A stretch of DNA of 63,577 nucleotides, counting the filler, from Lenisia limosa (lineage: Eukaryota > Protista > Breviatea): NCBI GenBank assembly GCA_001655205.1. It is 13 parts of 13 records of this genome, joined end to end, with 100 filler letters (N's around TTAATTAATTAA, not from the genome) between each part and the next. Parts side by side here need not be neighbours in the genome. Positions count along the whole stretch, not along the records: positions 18,128 to 26,939 come from LPNZ01008992.1; positions 27,040 to 32,277 come from LPNZ01010827.1; positions 32,378 to 35,685 come from LPNZ01004067.1; positions 35,786 to 40,937 come from LPNZ01003931.1; 9 more parts are not named here. One strand, 5' to 3'. Shown piece by piece: positions 25,001 through 35,926 of this stretch (positions within the stretch are counted from its first letter, which is position 1; each line of letters opens with the position of its first letter). The notes under the pieces are model-generated. The model was not told where the DNA came from, did not search any database, and saw only the letters and a list, made by a program, of their open reading frames with translations. A program made the position numbers and the translations under genes.

Positions 25001-26925
25001 NNNNNNNNNNNNNNNNNNNNNNNNNNNNNNNNNNNNNNNNNNNNNNNNNNNNNNNNNNNNNNNNNNNNNNNNNNNNNNNNNNNNNNNNNNNNNNNNNNNN
25101 NNNNNNNNNNNNNNNNNNNNNNNNNNNNNNNNNATCGGAGAGTTGCCAATAGCCCCATCTGAAGTTATCGCTCCTCCTATTAAGCCGAGAACGACAGTGA
25201 GCTGTGCGTCCCATAATCTGAAGTGTTGTTTTGCTGGTGAATCTGTGGTAACTGTTTTTCACTTTTCAGTCGCCTGTAAGGAGGCGATTCGCTCAAACTG
25301 ATAGTGCCACTGTGGGCGGGGTCCTTTGTGTTGTCAACCGCCGTATCTCTATGATCCTAGTTTCAATGGAGACTTTACTCTTAATGATCCTAGTTTCAAC
25401 GGAGACTTTACTCTTTATGATGCTAGTTTCAATAGAGACTTTACTCTTCATGATCCTAGTTTCAATAGAGACTTTAATCTTTATTTTAATGGAGACTTTA
25501 CTCTTCATGATCCTAGTTTCAAGAGAGACTTTACTGTAAAAAAGGGGAGGGGGGCACGGATAGTTAACGAATGAAGGGTCCCTCTGATTTCCCCTCATAA
25601 GATACGGCAAAGAAGATCCATTGCGTCGCGAGACTCAGCCTCACTCATTCGCCCGCATGAGGAGTGCCCTTGGGAGATTGACGGAGTAGCGTTTGAACTG
25701 CCAACTTCTGTAGGGTGGCCTATTGTTATTCTCATTATTCTTATTATTCTTATTATTCTTATTATTCTTATTATTCTAATTATTATTCTTATTATTATTC
25801 TTATTATTATTTTTATTATTATTCTTTTTCTTATAATAATTATTATTATTGTAATATCATTACTATTATTCTTCTTTTTATTCTTCTTATTCTTATAATT
25901 ATTCTTATTGTAAAATCATTATTATTATTATTATTATTATTATTCTTATTAATTATTCTTAATTATTCTTATTCTTATTATTATTATTATTCTTATTCTT
26001 ATTATTATTCTTATTNNNNNNNNNNNNNNNNNNNNNNNNNNNNNNNNNNNNNNNNNNNNNNNNNNNNNNNNNNNNNNNNNNNNNNNNNNNNNNNTTATTC
26101 TTATAATTATTATTGTAATATTATTATTATTATTCTTCTTGTTATTCTTCTTATTAATTATTCTTAATTATTCTTATTCTTATTCTTATTATTATTCTTA
26201 TTCTTATAATTATTCTTATTCTTATTCTTATTCTTATTATTATTCTTATTCTTATTATTATTCTTATAATTATTATTATGATTGTAATATCATTATTATT
26301 CTTCTTATTATTATTCTTCTTATTAATTATTCTTAATTATTATTATTCTTATTATTATTCTTATTATTATTCTTATTCTTATAATTATTCTTATAATTAT
26401 TCTTATAATTATTCTTATTATTATTCTTATTTTTATAATTATTCTTATAATTATTATTATTATTGTAATATCATTATTATTATTCTTATTCTGATTATTA
26501 TTATTATTATTTGTAATGGGTGGGAAGGGGGTCTATAGTGAGTGGGTACCAATTTATGTTTCCAATTTCGCACAGACATATGAATCTCCGCTCCAGGGGT
26601 GGTAATTAGGGCTTCACTTCGGTTCGAAAAAACTTGAGAAACTTCGATAGTTTCCAAGGATTTATCGAGACATTCCTTTTTTCGAACCGAAGTGAAGCTA
26701 GTGGTAAATCACGTTCAATATGCGTCAATCTTAGAAAAATTTGAACCAAAATGCGAGACAATTTTCTGCACTCCGCTCCATTAACTCGGAAATCCCCCAG
26801 ACGTCCCCTGTCCATATCCGACCCAGTTCCCACGCCCCTTCCACGCACCAGTCCCCCCCGCGTCTCAATCGGTCAAGATCCATATCACCAGACCCTCGCA
26901 CGGGGCCCCCTATTCACCTCGGAAG
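19033..26925 (+). CDS. Hypothetical multi-exon gene or genes with coiled-coil and low-complexity exons
   Basis: Short open exons between AG and GT, e.g. NNTSSVQSSPGPHTPR.., KVLNPGRVSEGEASDSSDSSDDD.., IPAICAYCRSDKSRYRDEVKELKAK, HKEQLKAMRKQYRWALHQVDLECTLAEDA. No family recognised. Confidence 0.5.
19139..19238. mobile_element. hAT-type MITE
   Basis: cagggattcacttcggttcgaaaaa...gaaccgatgtgaagcccta; TSD ttcgcaac / ctcgcaac. Confidence 0.85.
19261..19343. mobile_element. Tc1/mariner-type MITE, diverged
   Basis: ta|cagtggctgggagaagtcttgacc...ggtcaagagttttccaggtcac. Confidence 0.7.
19663..19750 (+). repeat. Intron-associated repeat module C, ending at a CAG acceptor
   Basis: cagattattcggttcgtgtttcg..gtacctttacttcaatattcttcatcgaatattccttcgttttaccccc..cag; related copies at ~23410-23459 (+), ~41845-41902 (-), ~53259-53325 (-), ~53400-53490 (-). 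Confidence 0.75.
20893..20975. repeat. Dispersed repeat D (~100 bp)
   Basis: tataatccaatatct...gtggacggcttc(g)gccagatacaaccttgttttatttctcat; other copies at ~22825, 31445, 34805, 36622, 39100 and 42125, in both orientations. Confidence 0.7.
21566..21647. mobile_element. Tc1/mariner-type MITE
   Basis: ta|cactgtgaccgggttaaaagtcttgaccg...cggtcaaggcttatcccggtcactg. Confidence 0.75.
21742..21841. mobile_element. hAT-type MITE, variant-TIR subfamily
   Basis: tagggcttccttacgggacg...gggaccgtatgaagcccta; flanks aatatcaa / aatatttt (5/8). Confidence 0.75.
22428..22528. mobile_element. hAT-type MITE
   Basis: tagggcttcacttcggttc...gaaccgaagtgaagcccta; TSD ggggggat / gggtggat. Confidence 0.88.
23035..23459 (+). 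repeat. Predicted intron beginning with repeat B and ending with module C
   Basis: Donor gtacgctggagagtgatgggtgcggtgcagaagcg at 23035; ends ..tacgccaatattcttcatcaaaatattcttcgttttgtag at 23459. Internal N gap and a non-repeat segment at ~23335-23410. Confidence 0.6.
24325..24414. mobile_element. hAT-type MITE, short internal deletion
   Basis: gggcttcacttcagttcgaaaaagactgg...gtgaagcccta; TSD not evident. Confidence 0.75.
25351..25535. repeat. 33-bp minisatellite, ~5.5 copies
   Basis: Unit atgatcctagtttcaatggagactttactctt(t/a). Confidence 0.9.
25722..26510. repeat. TAT/TTC-type low-complexity microsatellite tract
   Basis: Nearly all ttattattc / ttattc units; the Y/S/I/L-rich ORFs here are artefacts. 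Confidence 0.95.
26607..26700. mobile_element. hAT-type MITE
   Basis: tagggcttcacttcggttcgaaaaa...ttcgaaccgaagtgaagcta; TSD gtggtaat / gtggtaaa. Confidence 0.85.
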
Positions 26926-27067
26926 TCTTGTTTTAGACGNNNNNNNNNNNNNNNNNNNNNNNNNNNNNNNNNNNNNNNNNNNNTTAATTAATTAANNNNN
27001 NNNNNNNNNNNNNNNNNNNNNNNNNNNNNNNNNNNNNNNCTCCCTCTAAGTTATATGAAACAAATCC

Positions 27068-27208
27068 CCGATGGGATGCGGTGCTGCAGAAGCGACTGTC
27101 CTGGTCTTTTTTTGTTTTGTTGTTCCCAACCCTTTTGTGTTGTCAACCATTGGTGTTTGTTTGGGCTTTTCTTTCATAAATTTTCCAATTTTACTCCCCC
27201 CCCCCCAG
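27068..27208 (+). repeat. Repeat B copy ending at a 3' splice site
   Basis: gatgggatgcggtgctgcagaagcgact...ttcataaattttccaattttactccccccccccag, followed by an open GC-rich exon. Confidence 0.85.
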
Positions 27209-30200
27209 ACCCACAGCCAGCCGCCTGCATCCCCTGGGAGTGGTCCTGGTCCTGGCCCTGGGTACCATGGCGCCGACGCCGCCGCAGCTCGTCCTATCGC
27301 CCATGACTGCTTTCTGGTGGGTGGGGTTATGGTTTTTGTGATATTATGACCGCATACAATATCCTCTGACTTGGTAGTATCGCATTCTCCGCCGCCGCCG
27401 CAGAAGACATGCCCGACTTCTTCGCCAGGTGGGGGGTATAATGAGCGATTAGACCAAAATATGAATTTTACATTTCGTTATATTTTTCATCAATCATGTT
27501 GACCACAGGAAAGTAATCACATTTTCTGTGAGATTGCTCATATTATATCACAAATGTGTATTTTAGAACACTGGAAACGGCTTTCATATAATTAATGGAA
27601 GAACCGTATAATATACTGTAGGTTACTTTATAGCATTGCTTCTGAAATCAATTAACTACAATTCTACGATTTAGCTTAGTTCCCGGTTAACTCTACCAGA
27701 TTTGCCGTTCTCCTCTCAGCTGCCCTCTCTGCTGCGGTGGCGGTGGTGGGAAAAGACGAGTTGGTCTTCCGCGAACTGACACAGCTCAAGGTGGGATTAA
27801 ATGATTAGAAGATTTGTTTCATTACAAGCCATCAGAGTTTTTCAACTTTTTTTGTTTCGTAAATTCTCCAATTTCACCCCCCCAGAACCGAGCTGCCCTT
27901 CGGAGTCAATCGATCGCCATTCTGGCCTCTCAAATTCCTATGGTTTGGGGCAGTTTCCCTAACGTTAGCCAACCAGAGAAATTTTCCATTTTTACCACAA
28001 ACACAAACACATACAATTGTGTATGCTATATAAAACCCTCTGTAGTGATCTTTGCCAAAAACAGTTTGAAGCCCCCAAACACACACATACACAGACAATA
28101 TGAGCATAACCCCCCCCCCCCCNNNNNNNNNNNNNNNNNNNNNNNNNNNNNNNNNNNNNNNNNNNNNNNNNNNNNNNNNNNNNNNNNNNNNNNNNNNNNN
28201 NNNNNNNNNNNNNNNNNNNNNNNNNNNNNNNNNNNNNNNNNNNNNNNNNNNNNNNNNNNNNNNNNNNNNNNNNNNNNNNNNNNNNNNNNNNNNNNNNTGA
28301 GAGTGAGAGAGAGGGGGGGGATATTGAGCCTGCTTTTCATTTATTTCTCAATTAATGTCACTGAGTCCCGTAAACACATTTTCCTTCTCTCTTTAAATGT
28401 AGATTAAAACACAACCTTTTCCTTAGCTCATTGAGTGTAGATTAACCTCTCTGAGTTCTCTCTTCGAACCGCTGAGATGCCCCCTGTGGAGGTCGGTTGG
28501 AATAGGTGTTGATGCTCATTTTGGTGTACCTTCCGAGCAAAATACATATTTGTGACATTTTGCAACCTATATGGAGAATGATCATGCTGGGGGGGGGGGG
28601 GCNNNNNNNNNNNNNNNNNNNNNNNNNNNNNNNNNNNNNNNNNNNNNNNNNNNNNNNNNNNNNNNNNNNNNNNNNNNNNNNNNNNNNNNNNNNNNNNNNN
28701 NNNNNNNNNNNNNNNNNNNNNNNNNNNNNNNNNNNNNNNNNNNNNNNNNNNNNNNNNNNNNNNNNNNNNNNNNNNNNNNNNNNNNNNNNNNNNNNNNNNN
28801 NNNNNNNNNNNNNNNNNNNNNNNNNNNNNNNNNNNNNNNNNNNNNNNNNNNNNNNNNNNNNNNNNNNNNNNNNNNNNNNNNNNNNNNNNNNNNNNNNNNN
28901 NNNNNNNNNNNNNNNNNNNNNNNNNNNNNNNNNNNNNNNNNNNNNNNNNNNNNNNNACTGCCCATGTCGGCTTCCAGCCTGCTGAGGCTGCCGGTGGGAT
29001 GGGGTTGGGTGTTGTACATGTATATGCATACGATAGGGTACTCTACATATCGATGTGACTTCCCTGCGGTCCGAAGAAGACAGATTGCGGTGTTACTGTG
29101 TTAGTTTGAGGGAGGGTTCTTGTTTTATGTCTTTTATTAGTGTTTATCATATTAGAAGTTCCTGAACGAACAGGGCTTGGGGGAGGGGGTTAGATCATAG
29201 GAACACGGGGTGTTAGGTTGGAGCTACACTTCTCAAAACACCCTCTCATCATAGGGCTGCATTTCAGTTCGAAAAAAGACCGTTAAAATAGCGAGAAATT
29301 GGAGCCTTTGGGAAGCCCCTCTAATAACTGTATAGGAGACATCTTTACTTCGGCGTCAGCGGAGGAAACACCCTTCGTTACTGCGTGCCTCCAGGTATAA
29401 TGAGGGGAGTATCTATTGGACTCGGTGGAAGAAGGGGGATATAATATCGTATATTTATTTATATTGCCTTATCACTCTAATCATTTGATCGTTTTAGGGT
29501 GTTCCTGATCATTTTAGGATGTTCCTGACCATTTTTAGAGTGTTTCTGACCATTTTTAGAGTGTTGCTGACCATTTTAGGGCGTCGACTTGGTTCTTCTT
29601 TTCCAGGCGTTTATGCACAAAAACAAACTTGGAAGGGTTGGGGGGGGGGGTGAAGAATGGACATTAAGATGGTTTCTCTTTTTAAAATTTCGGGCACTTA
29701 CTTTGTTAGTTTGATAGACATATCATATACAGTATATACATGTATGAAGTAGATGTTTAGTAGCTCTATGCATATGAAGTAGAAATTCAGTGGCTCCATC
29801 AGTAAGGATCCCCGAAACACTACAGCGCATCGACTTGGAATTCACATGTTGCATTGGTAGTCCTATAAAGTTCCTCGCATTTCCCAAAATTACATATTCT
29901 CATGCAATTAACAGAAGTCTCTGCATATTCATAAGAATCCCAAGTCAATATGCCCTGGTGTAGTATAACCCACACACACATACAGCCCCCCTAATACCAC
30001 ACAGCCCCCTGTAGAGCCCATTATCGGCTCATCCGCCTCCGGCACCACCTCTCAGGCCAACAGTCGGCGCGGCTCGACGGACGTCGGCTCCGTCATGAGC
30101 GGTGGCTTGTCCAGTGGGGGGAGGGTAATATGAGCGGTGGCTTGTCCAATGGGGGTAACATTAAATACGGATGTATCGTATATCGTATTATAGGATATAA

Positions 30201-32180
30201 TACACCCATTTGACGGGTAGCAGAAGATCTGGAATGAGGATGTAAGCTGAAAATGTTCGAAGTTAACTAGGGGGCGGGGGGGAGATATCGAGTATCTCAT
30301 CATATGTGCACATGCATGACCGGCATCCGTTTGTTTGCCAACGGAGTTAACTTTGGGGTTATATTTTTATTAATATTTTTCTCATCCTTACCTCCCCTCC
30401 GCAGTCAGCGAAATAGCCTCGGCCATCACTCCCTCTGATGAGGGCGAAGGTGAGCTTTATTTTGACGGCAACCAGCTGAAGAGGCGGCAGAGTAACGCCA
30501 AGTCCAGGTGGGGAGTTGATTGGCCGGGCTTCACTTCGGTCCGAAAAATGACCCATAAAATATCGATATTTATCGAAGATTTATCGAGAAATTCAGTCTT
30601 TTATTGAACCAAAGTGAAGCCCTAGTTGGGGGAGATAAAGGGATGGCTTAGTTGTTTGTATTTTGTCGAACCCCTTAGTTCCCCCTTCCCCCTTGCATTT
30701 ATCACACACACACCCTCATTCCCCTATTTTTTTGTTTTGTTTTTCCGCCGTACAAAGTTATCATTTTATCCCCCCTCCCCATAGATGGCGAAGAGCCTCA
30801 TTGGCGGCCAAACGAATGAGCGTAACTGTCGACGAGGACGAAGCCAACGGTGCCCGGGGGCCAGTTTATGGGGGTATTGGTGGTAGTGAGTTGGGGGTTA
30901 ATTAACAACAAGGGTCAGGGAGTAATAATATTATGATATACAATAAAAAAGGGGGAGAGGAGGGGGTTGACAACATTTCAAGCACTTCTGAGTTTGGATC
31001 CTTTAAAGCTGTGGAATTTCTGACACATTTAGAACTCGGAGATGGTCTCGGTGCTTTACCTAATACGAAGCTGGAGCCCAACGGGCTGTCTCGAAAGCAA
31101 AATGTGTCCCCTAAATCGCCTTCAACGTGAGTGACTGAGTACATGGCTCTTTGTTTATCATCAAACGAATTGATTGCTCCATGCATCCTTTTTCTTACCC
31201 TCATTTTCCCCATCCGTTAACTTGAAAACAGGCCGGACCCTCCGTCGCCCTCCAAACCCGACATAGTCAACACCAGGCGCATGTCCTTGACTGTCGGAAT
31301 GGGGGCCAAAATGATGTCCCATTTCCGCAACCGTGGCCAGAGCCAAAGTGCCCCGGATAAGAAGAAGAAAACNNNNNNNNNNNNNNNNNNNNNNNNNNNN
31401 NNNNNNNNNNNNNCATATCTTAATAAATCATTTAAAACATATAGCTATATAGTGTTATGACTTCGTCCAGATACAACCTTGTTTTGTATTTCTCATTCCT
31501 ATAAATTGTCAACCAGTTTGAAGAGAGAATGTCCAAGAGGTTCCTCACTCCTCTCTCCCCCCCCCCCCCCNNNNNNNNNNNNNNNNNNNNNNNNNNNNNN
31601 NNNNNNNNNNNNNNNNNNNNNNNNNNNNNNNNNNNNNNNNNNNNNNNNNNNNNNNNNNNNNNNNNNNNNNNNNNNNNNNNNNNNNNNNNNNNNNNNNNNN
31701 NNNNNNNNCCCGAGGGCTCGCCTAAAAGTGGGTAGTTTGGGGGTATTCTTATGTTTTCTACTATTTTAAGCATAATAATCCCAATAATTCAGAGGGGTGA
31801 AGGGATTCTATAGAAAACTTCCCGTCCATCCCAGGGTGTTAAATCAAGTATTTATAATACATTAAAAACTGAATACAAAGGAAACAACAAATAATACTCG
31901 CGATATTTAAGCCCCATACCATTCATAACTCTCTTTACCCCTCACGCCCTTATGCTTAGACAGCATAGGATTTGGGCTTTTTCTGTGTAATTTCACGTAC
32001 ACACCCTCTTTATTTCCCACCACCCCCCTATAGACTCATCATATACCCGGGTGCCCTCGGCCACCGTCGACATCAAGGTGACAGACGAGTCCGTGCCGGG
32101 ACCGTTATCCGGAATTGAACTGGACGCAAACTTCCCGCTCGTCCACGCTCGCGCGAGTGTGGCGTGTGGCCGTTCTATTG
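27209..32180 (+). CDS. Hypothetical large multi-exon protein, partial
   Basis: About 15 short GC-rich open exons with C-run AG acceptors and G-run GT donors, e.g. AALSAAVAVVGKDELVFRELTQLK|NRAALRSQSIAILASQIPM, GTLHIDVTSLRSEEDRLR, STSEFGSFKAVEFLTHLELG. Confidence 0.55.
29492..29582. repeat. ~21-bp minisatellite, ~4.5 copies
   Basis: Unit ttttag(g/a)gtgtt(c/t/g)ctgaccat. Confidence 0.85.
29815..29965. mobile_element. Candidate MITE family E; related segments at ~37345-37510
   Basis: acactac..gcatcgacttggaattc at the left versus gaatcccaagtcaatatgc..gtgtagt at the right (imperfect TIR). Confidence 0.45.
30524..30624. mobile_element. hAT-type MITE
   Basis: gggcttcacttcggtccgaaaaa...gaaccaaagtgaagcccta; TSD not evident. 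Confidence 0.8.
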
Positions 32181-32589
32181 GTGGGGTTTAGAACTTTCCG
32201 TTTAACAAATTGACTGGATTGTCATGATATGATATACTGAGTTTTATGAAGTTTTACTCCCTCAGGAATTGTTTTAGNNNNNNNNNNNNNNNNNNNNNNN
32301 NNNNNNNNNNNNNNNNNNNNNTTAATTAATTAANNNNNNNNNNNNNNNNNNNNNNNNNNNNNNNNNNNNNNNNNNNNATACTCGTAGTGGATATTGAAAT
32401 ATTGTATAGTATGTAGGGTATGATATACCTCTCCGAAAAAGACCGTCAAAATATCGATATTTATCGAGGATTTATCGGGAAATTCAGTCTATTTTGGGAT
32501 CATAGGGAAGTCTACTTTCACACATCCGATTTGGGCGTTTCATATTTTTCCATTTTTTCATCACATACTCTCATTGTTTTTACGTATCC

Positions 32590-32932
32590 CCCACTCCCTG
32601 GCCTGGGCTTTGTTTGCTTTNNNNNNNNNNNNNNNNNNNNNNNNNNNNNNNNNNNNNNNNNNNNNNNNNNNNNNNNNNNNNNNNNNNNNNNNNNNNNNNN
32701 NNNNNNNNNNNNNNNNNNNNNNNNNNNNNNNNNNNNNNNNNNNNNNNNNNNNGTCATAATTGATTTTGTGCTTTTTTTGTTCATAAATGTTCCTATTTTA
32801 CTTGATTGATGGGATGCGGTGCTGCAGCGACTAGCCTGGACTTTATTTTTGTGATCAACCCTCGTGTGTTTTCAGCCAACAGAGTTGATTTTGGCTTTTT
32901 TGTTTCAAAAAATTTCCAATGTTACCCCTCTT
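32590..32932 (+). repeat. Two tandem repeat B copies
   Basis: First copy (gapped) ends ttcataaatgttcctattttac; second starts a few bases later with gatgggatgcggtgctgcag. Confidence 0.75.
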
Positions 32933-33282
32933 TTTATTTATGCTTGCCCGCCATGATGGTAAGTGGAGTATTAAACCACCGCCCACATGATGCTGATAAG
33001 TTTGGCACTATACATTTGTAATGTTGTCCTTTTTTTTCCCCTTGGACTGCCGGATATATTATACTACTATATTGGAATTTACCATAAACAACTATCACCT
33101 AAACCATAACATTTAACCATGAGACATATTCAAACATAAACCATGAGACTTAATATGTACATAAGCCACCACCCACATGATGATGATCATTTTGGCGCAA
33201 TACTTTTGTATTGCTGGACATTTTTTACTTGTAATCTCTCCCTTTAAATGGTATGTTATTGACCTCTCCTCCCCCTTTTTTT

Positions 33283-35477
33283 CAGCCCCTCAGGCCCTCA
33301 TTATTACCACCCCTTACCCCGAAGCCCCCCGGGTACGCCCGCCGCGCCGAACTGCCACTTCAGAAGCCCAATGGACGCCGAGTATCAGCATTCCTTTCCC
33401 GCCGGCACACCTCACAAAACCCCATGAAATCTCGTCTTTCCTGGATGGACTGCTTTATAAGGTATGTAGGTGGTGGCTTCCTTATATGGTATGTGAGGGT
33501 TGTTTTTATAAGATAAGTGATGACTGCCTTATACGGTATGTGGTGGTTGCTTCATAAGGTATGTGAAGTGATTTTTTTCTTCTATGATATGTGCGAATTG
33601 CTTTCATAGTTTAGCTGGTTTCTCCACCTCTATTTTCACACACAAACACACACCCAGCTTTCTTCACCACCCCCTCTCCCCCAGGATGAAATTTCAGCCA
33701 CGCGGGGTGCGCAGGCCGTTTCTCTTCCATCTCAAGTAAGGGGATATCACTTTCTGAACTCTTTTCACTGTAAATTTCTTTGTTACTTCCTGTTTGTACT
33801 GGAATATTTCTTTGTAATCTCCTTTGACGACATTTAGGCGGACCGAAGGGCTGCGCGCACGCAAGGAGCAGTTTTGCGTGATAGTCTGCAGCTTGTTAAT
33901 GTGGGGGGGGGGGGNNNNNNNNNNNNNNNNNNNNNNNNNNNNNNNNNNNAGTGGTTGTTTTGCTTAATCACAAAAACAAAAACTTGACTAATTTTTATTA
34001 ATTCTTTCATCACAAATACAAAAACTTGAATATCATGTACTAATTAAATAATTCGACGTTGGAAATGACAAGGGCAGATTGGACAATCGTCGACATCGGC
34101 ACCACTCTGGTCAGATGTGGAGGATGAAAATGAGGTGGGGCACATTACTTACATTAACTCCAACATTAATAACACTATCTTGATCCCGATCAACAATAAC
34201 ATGATTCAAATCAATTGCATTAATTACATTATTTTCATGATTGACTGTTTCCAGAGCACTACAGGCCCCCATGAGGCACCTTCAGGTTGGGGCTGGTGTT
34301 CATTCTGATGATTGTCTAATTTCGTATTTATTTTTAGTTTAAGTTTTGTTTTATCCCCCTGGAATTGCCGAATAGCTAAGCTAACATGTGTCATTGTATC
34401 GTTATAAACTCTAATCATACAGACAATTCAAGATAATTATGTAATTTCCTTCTGTTTTTTTGTTTCTTTTTTGTCTGTTAGTTTTCATTTTCTGAGTTTC
34501 TCTTCTTTTCATAATTCCCATTTTTTATTCTTGTCATCTCTAAGATTCTCTTTCTTGTCGTCTAAGTTTAAATGTATCCTTCTATTTTTATTTTTCAATT
34601 TTATTCTACGTTTCTATTTTGTTTTTAAATTGGTTTGAACTTTCTCACTTTCTGTTTTTGACTCTGCTGTAGGAACTTCCCATGACTACCGTGTTACTAA
34701 AGCGTCTCAGTTGGCTGTCAGAATCCTGGAGGAGGTGGGATGTCAATTATGATGTATCCACCATATCCCCACAGCCCAACTCATTAATGATAAGATATGA
34801 TATATAGCAATGAGAAATAAAAAAATAAAGTTGTATCTGGCCGAAGCCACCATCACGCTCATAAGAGATATTGGATTATGTAACCAGAGAGTTGATTGCT
34901 GGTTCTCTATTTTATTTTATTTTCATAATTTTCCCAAACTTACCCCCCACCCAGTTGCCACACGATTTGGACCTGAGCAGTATCCTAGCCCGCAATCCTC
35001 CGAGCTACGACAATACTATGGCCTCGGTACTCAACCAGGAGGCGAGAGCTGCCCAGGACTGTTTAGCGTATGGGGGGGCATGCTGTGTAGTTGTCTGGTA
35101 TACTGAGGGGGGGGGGGTAACTGTTGATTAATGATATAGTTTGGTATGAAACTATTGATGAGGGTGCTATTGAATTCAATTGATACCCTATTATGATGGT
35201 ATGTTACCCCCCTCCAACAGACTGGTCCGGTCCGATTTGGAGTCCATAATTGCGGCGGCGGAGGGCAGGGTAGTCTTATCCGCGTCCCTAGAGTCGGTTT
35301 GGCTCTCTCTTGACACATCGTCGCTCTGCGCGAGATGGGGTCAAATGGCACCACCGTCTCTCCGGCCGCTGTCTTCTTGGTTGCCGTCTCTGAAGGAACG
35401 CGTGGAATTCTTCCGATCCTGGGGGTGCGGCGTTGCACCTGAAATACTGGATATTTCCGTATTCATGTACCCCCAGA
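33283..35477 (+). CDS. Dynein heavy chain C-terminal region, axonemal-like and divergent, partial
   Basis: Spliced LPHDLDLSSILARNPPSYDNTMASVLNQEARAAQDCLA|LVRSDLESIIAAAEGRVVLSASLESV..PPSLRPLSSWLPSLKERVEFFRSW..DISVFMYPQ parallels axonemal DHC Y.ESMNTVL.QE..YPSLKPL.SW..WISGFFFPQ. The first exon (~33283-33461) is less certain. Confidence 0.8.
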
Positions 35478-35926
35478 GTAAGAGGGTTTTTATTCAGCAT
35501 ATTTAGTGGGTTTTGCAATTCTGTGTGTGTGTTTTCGTTGTTGTTTTTTGTTTTTGTTTTTTTTTATGTTTTGCTTTGTTACATTTTGGCTGATTTTAAT
35601 TCCGGCTCCCCTCCCACTGGGCATAGTTTGCTTTGCTGTTTTTAACCCTTGTGTGTTGTGTTATAGCCAATAGAATTAATTCGGCNNNNNNNNNNNNNNN
35701 NNNNNNNNNNNNNNNNNNNNNNNNNNNNNTTAATTAATTAANNNNNNNNNNNNNNNNNNNNNNNNNNNNNNNNNNNNNNNNNNNNAGGCCAGTCCCTTCT
35801 GCAGCACCGGGGTGAGGTGATTGGTGATACATTAAATGAAATATAAATGCTGGGGGTGGGGGAGTATGATCGTGAAGATGTGTAGGAATGCCCCCCCCCC
35901 GGCCGCCCATATCCCCCCAACATGAC

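Noticed and set aside
25715-26538. Tyr/Ser/Ile/Leu-rich ORFs
   Set aside because: Translations of a TAT/TTC microsatellite.
28026-29104. Long ORFs containing X runs, here and at many other gaps
   Set aside because: Open only because N gaps contain no stop codons.
29492-29582. TTTAGGG-like telomeric repeat
   Set aside because: The unit is a ~21-bp minisatellite with one TTAGGG-like word, not a contiguous telomeric array.
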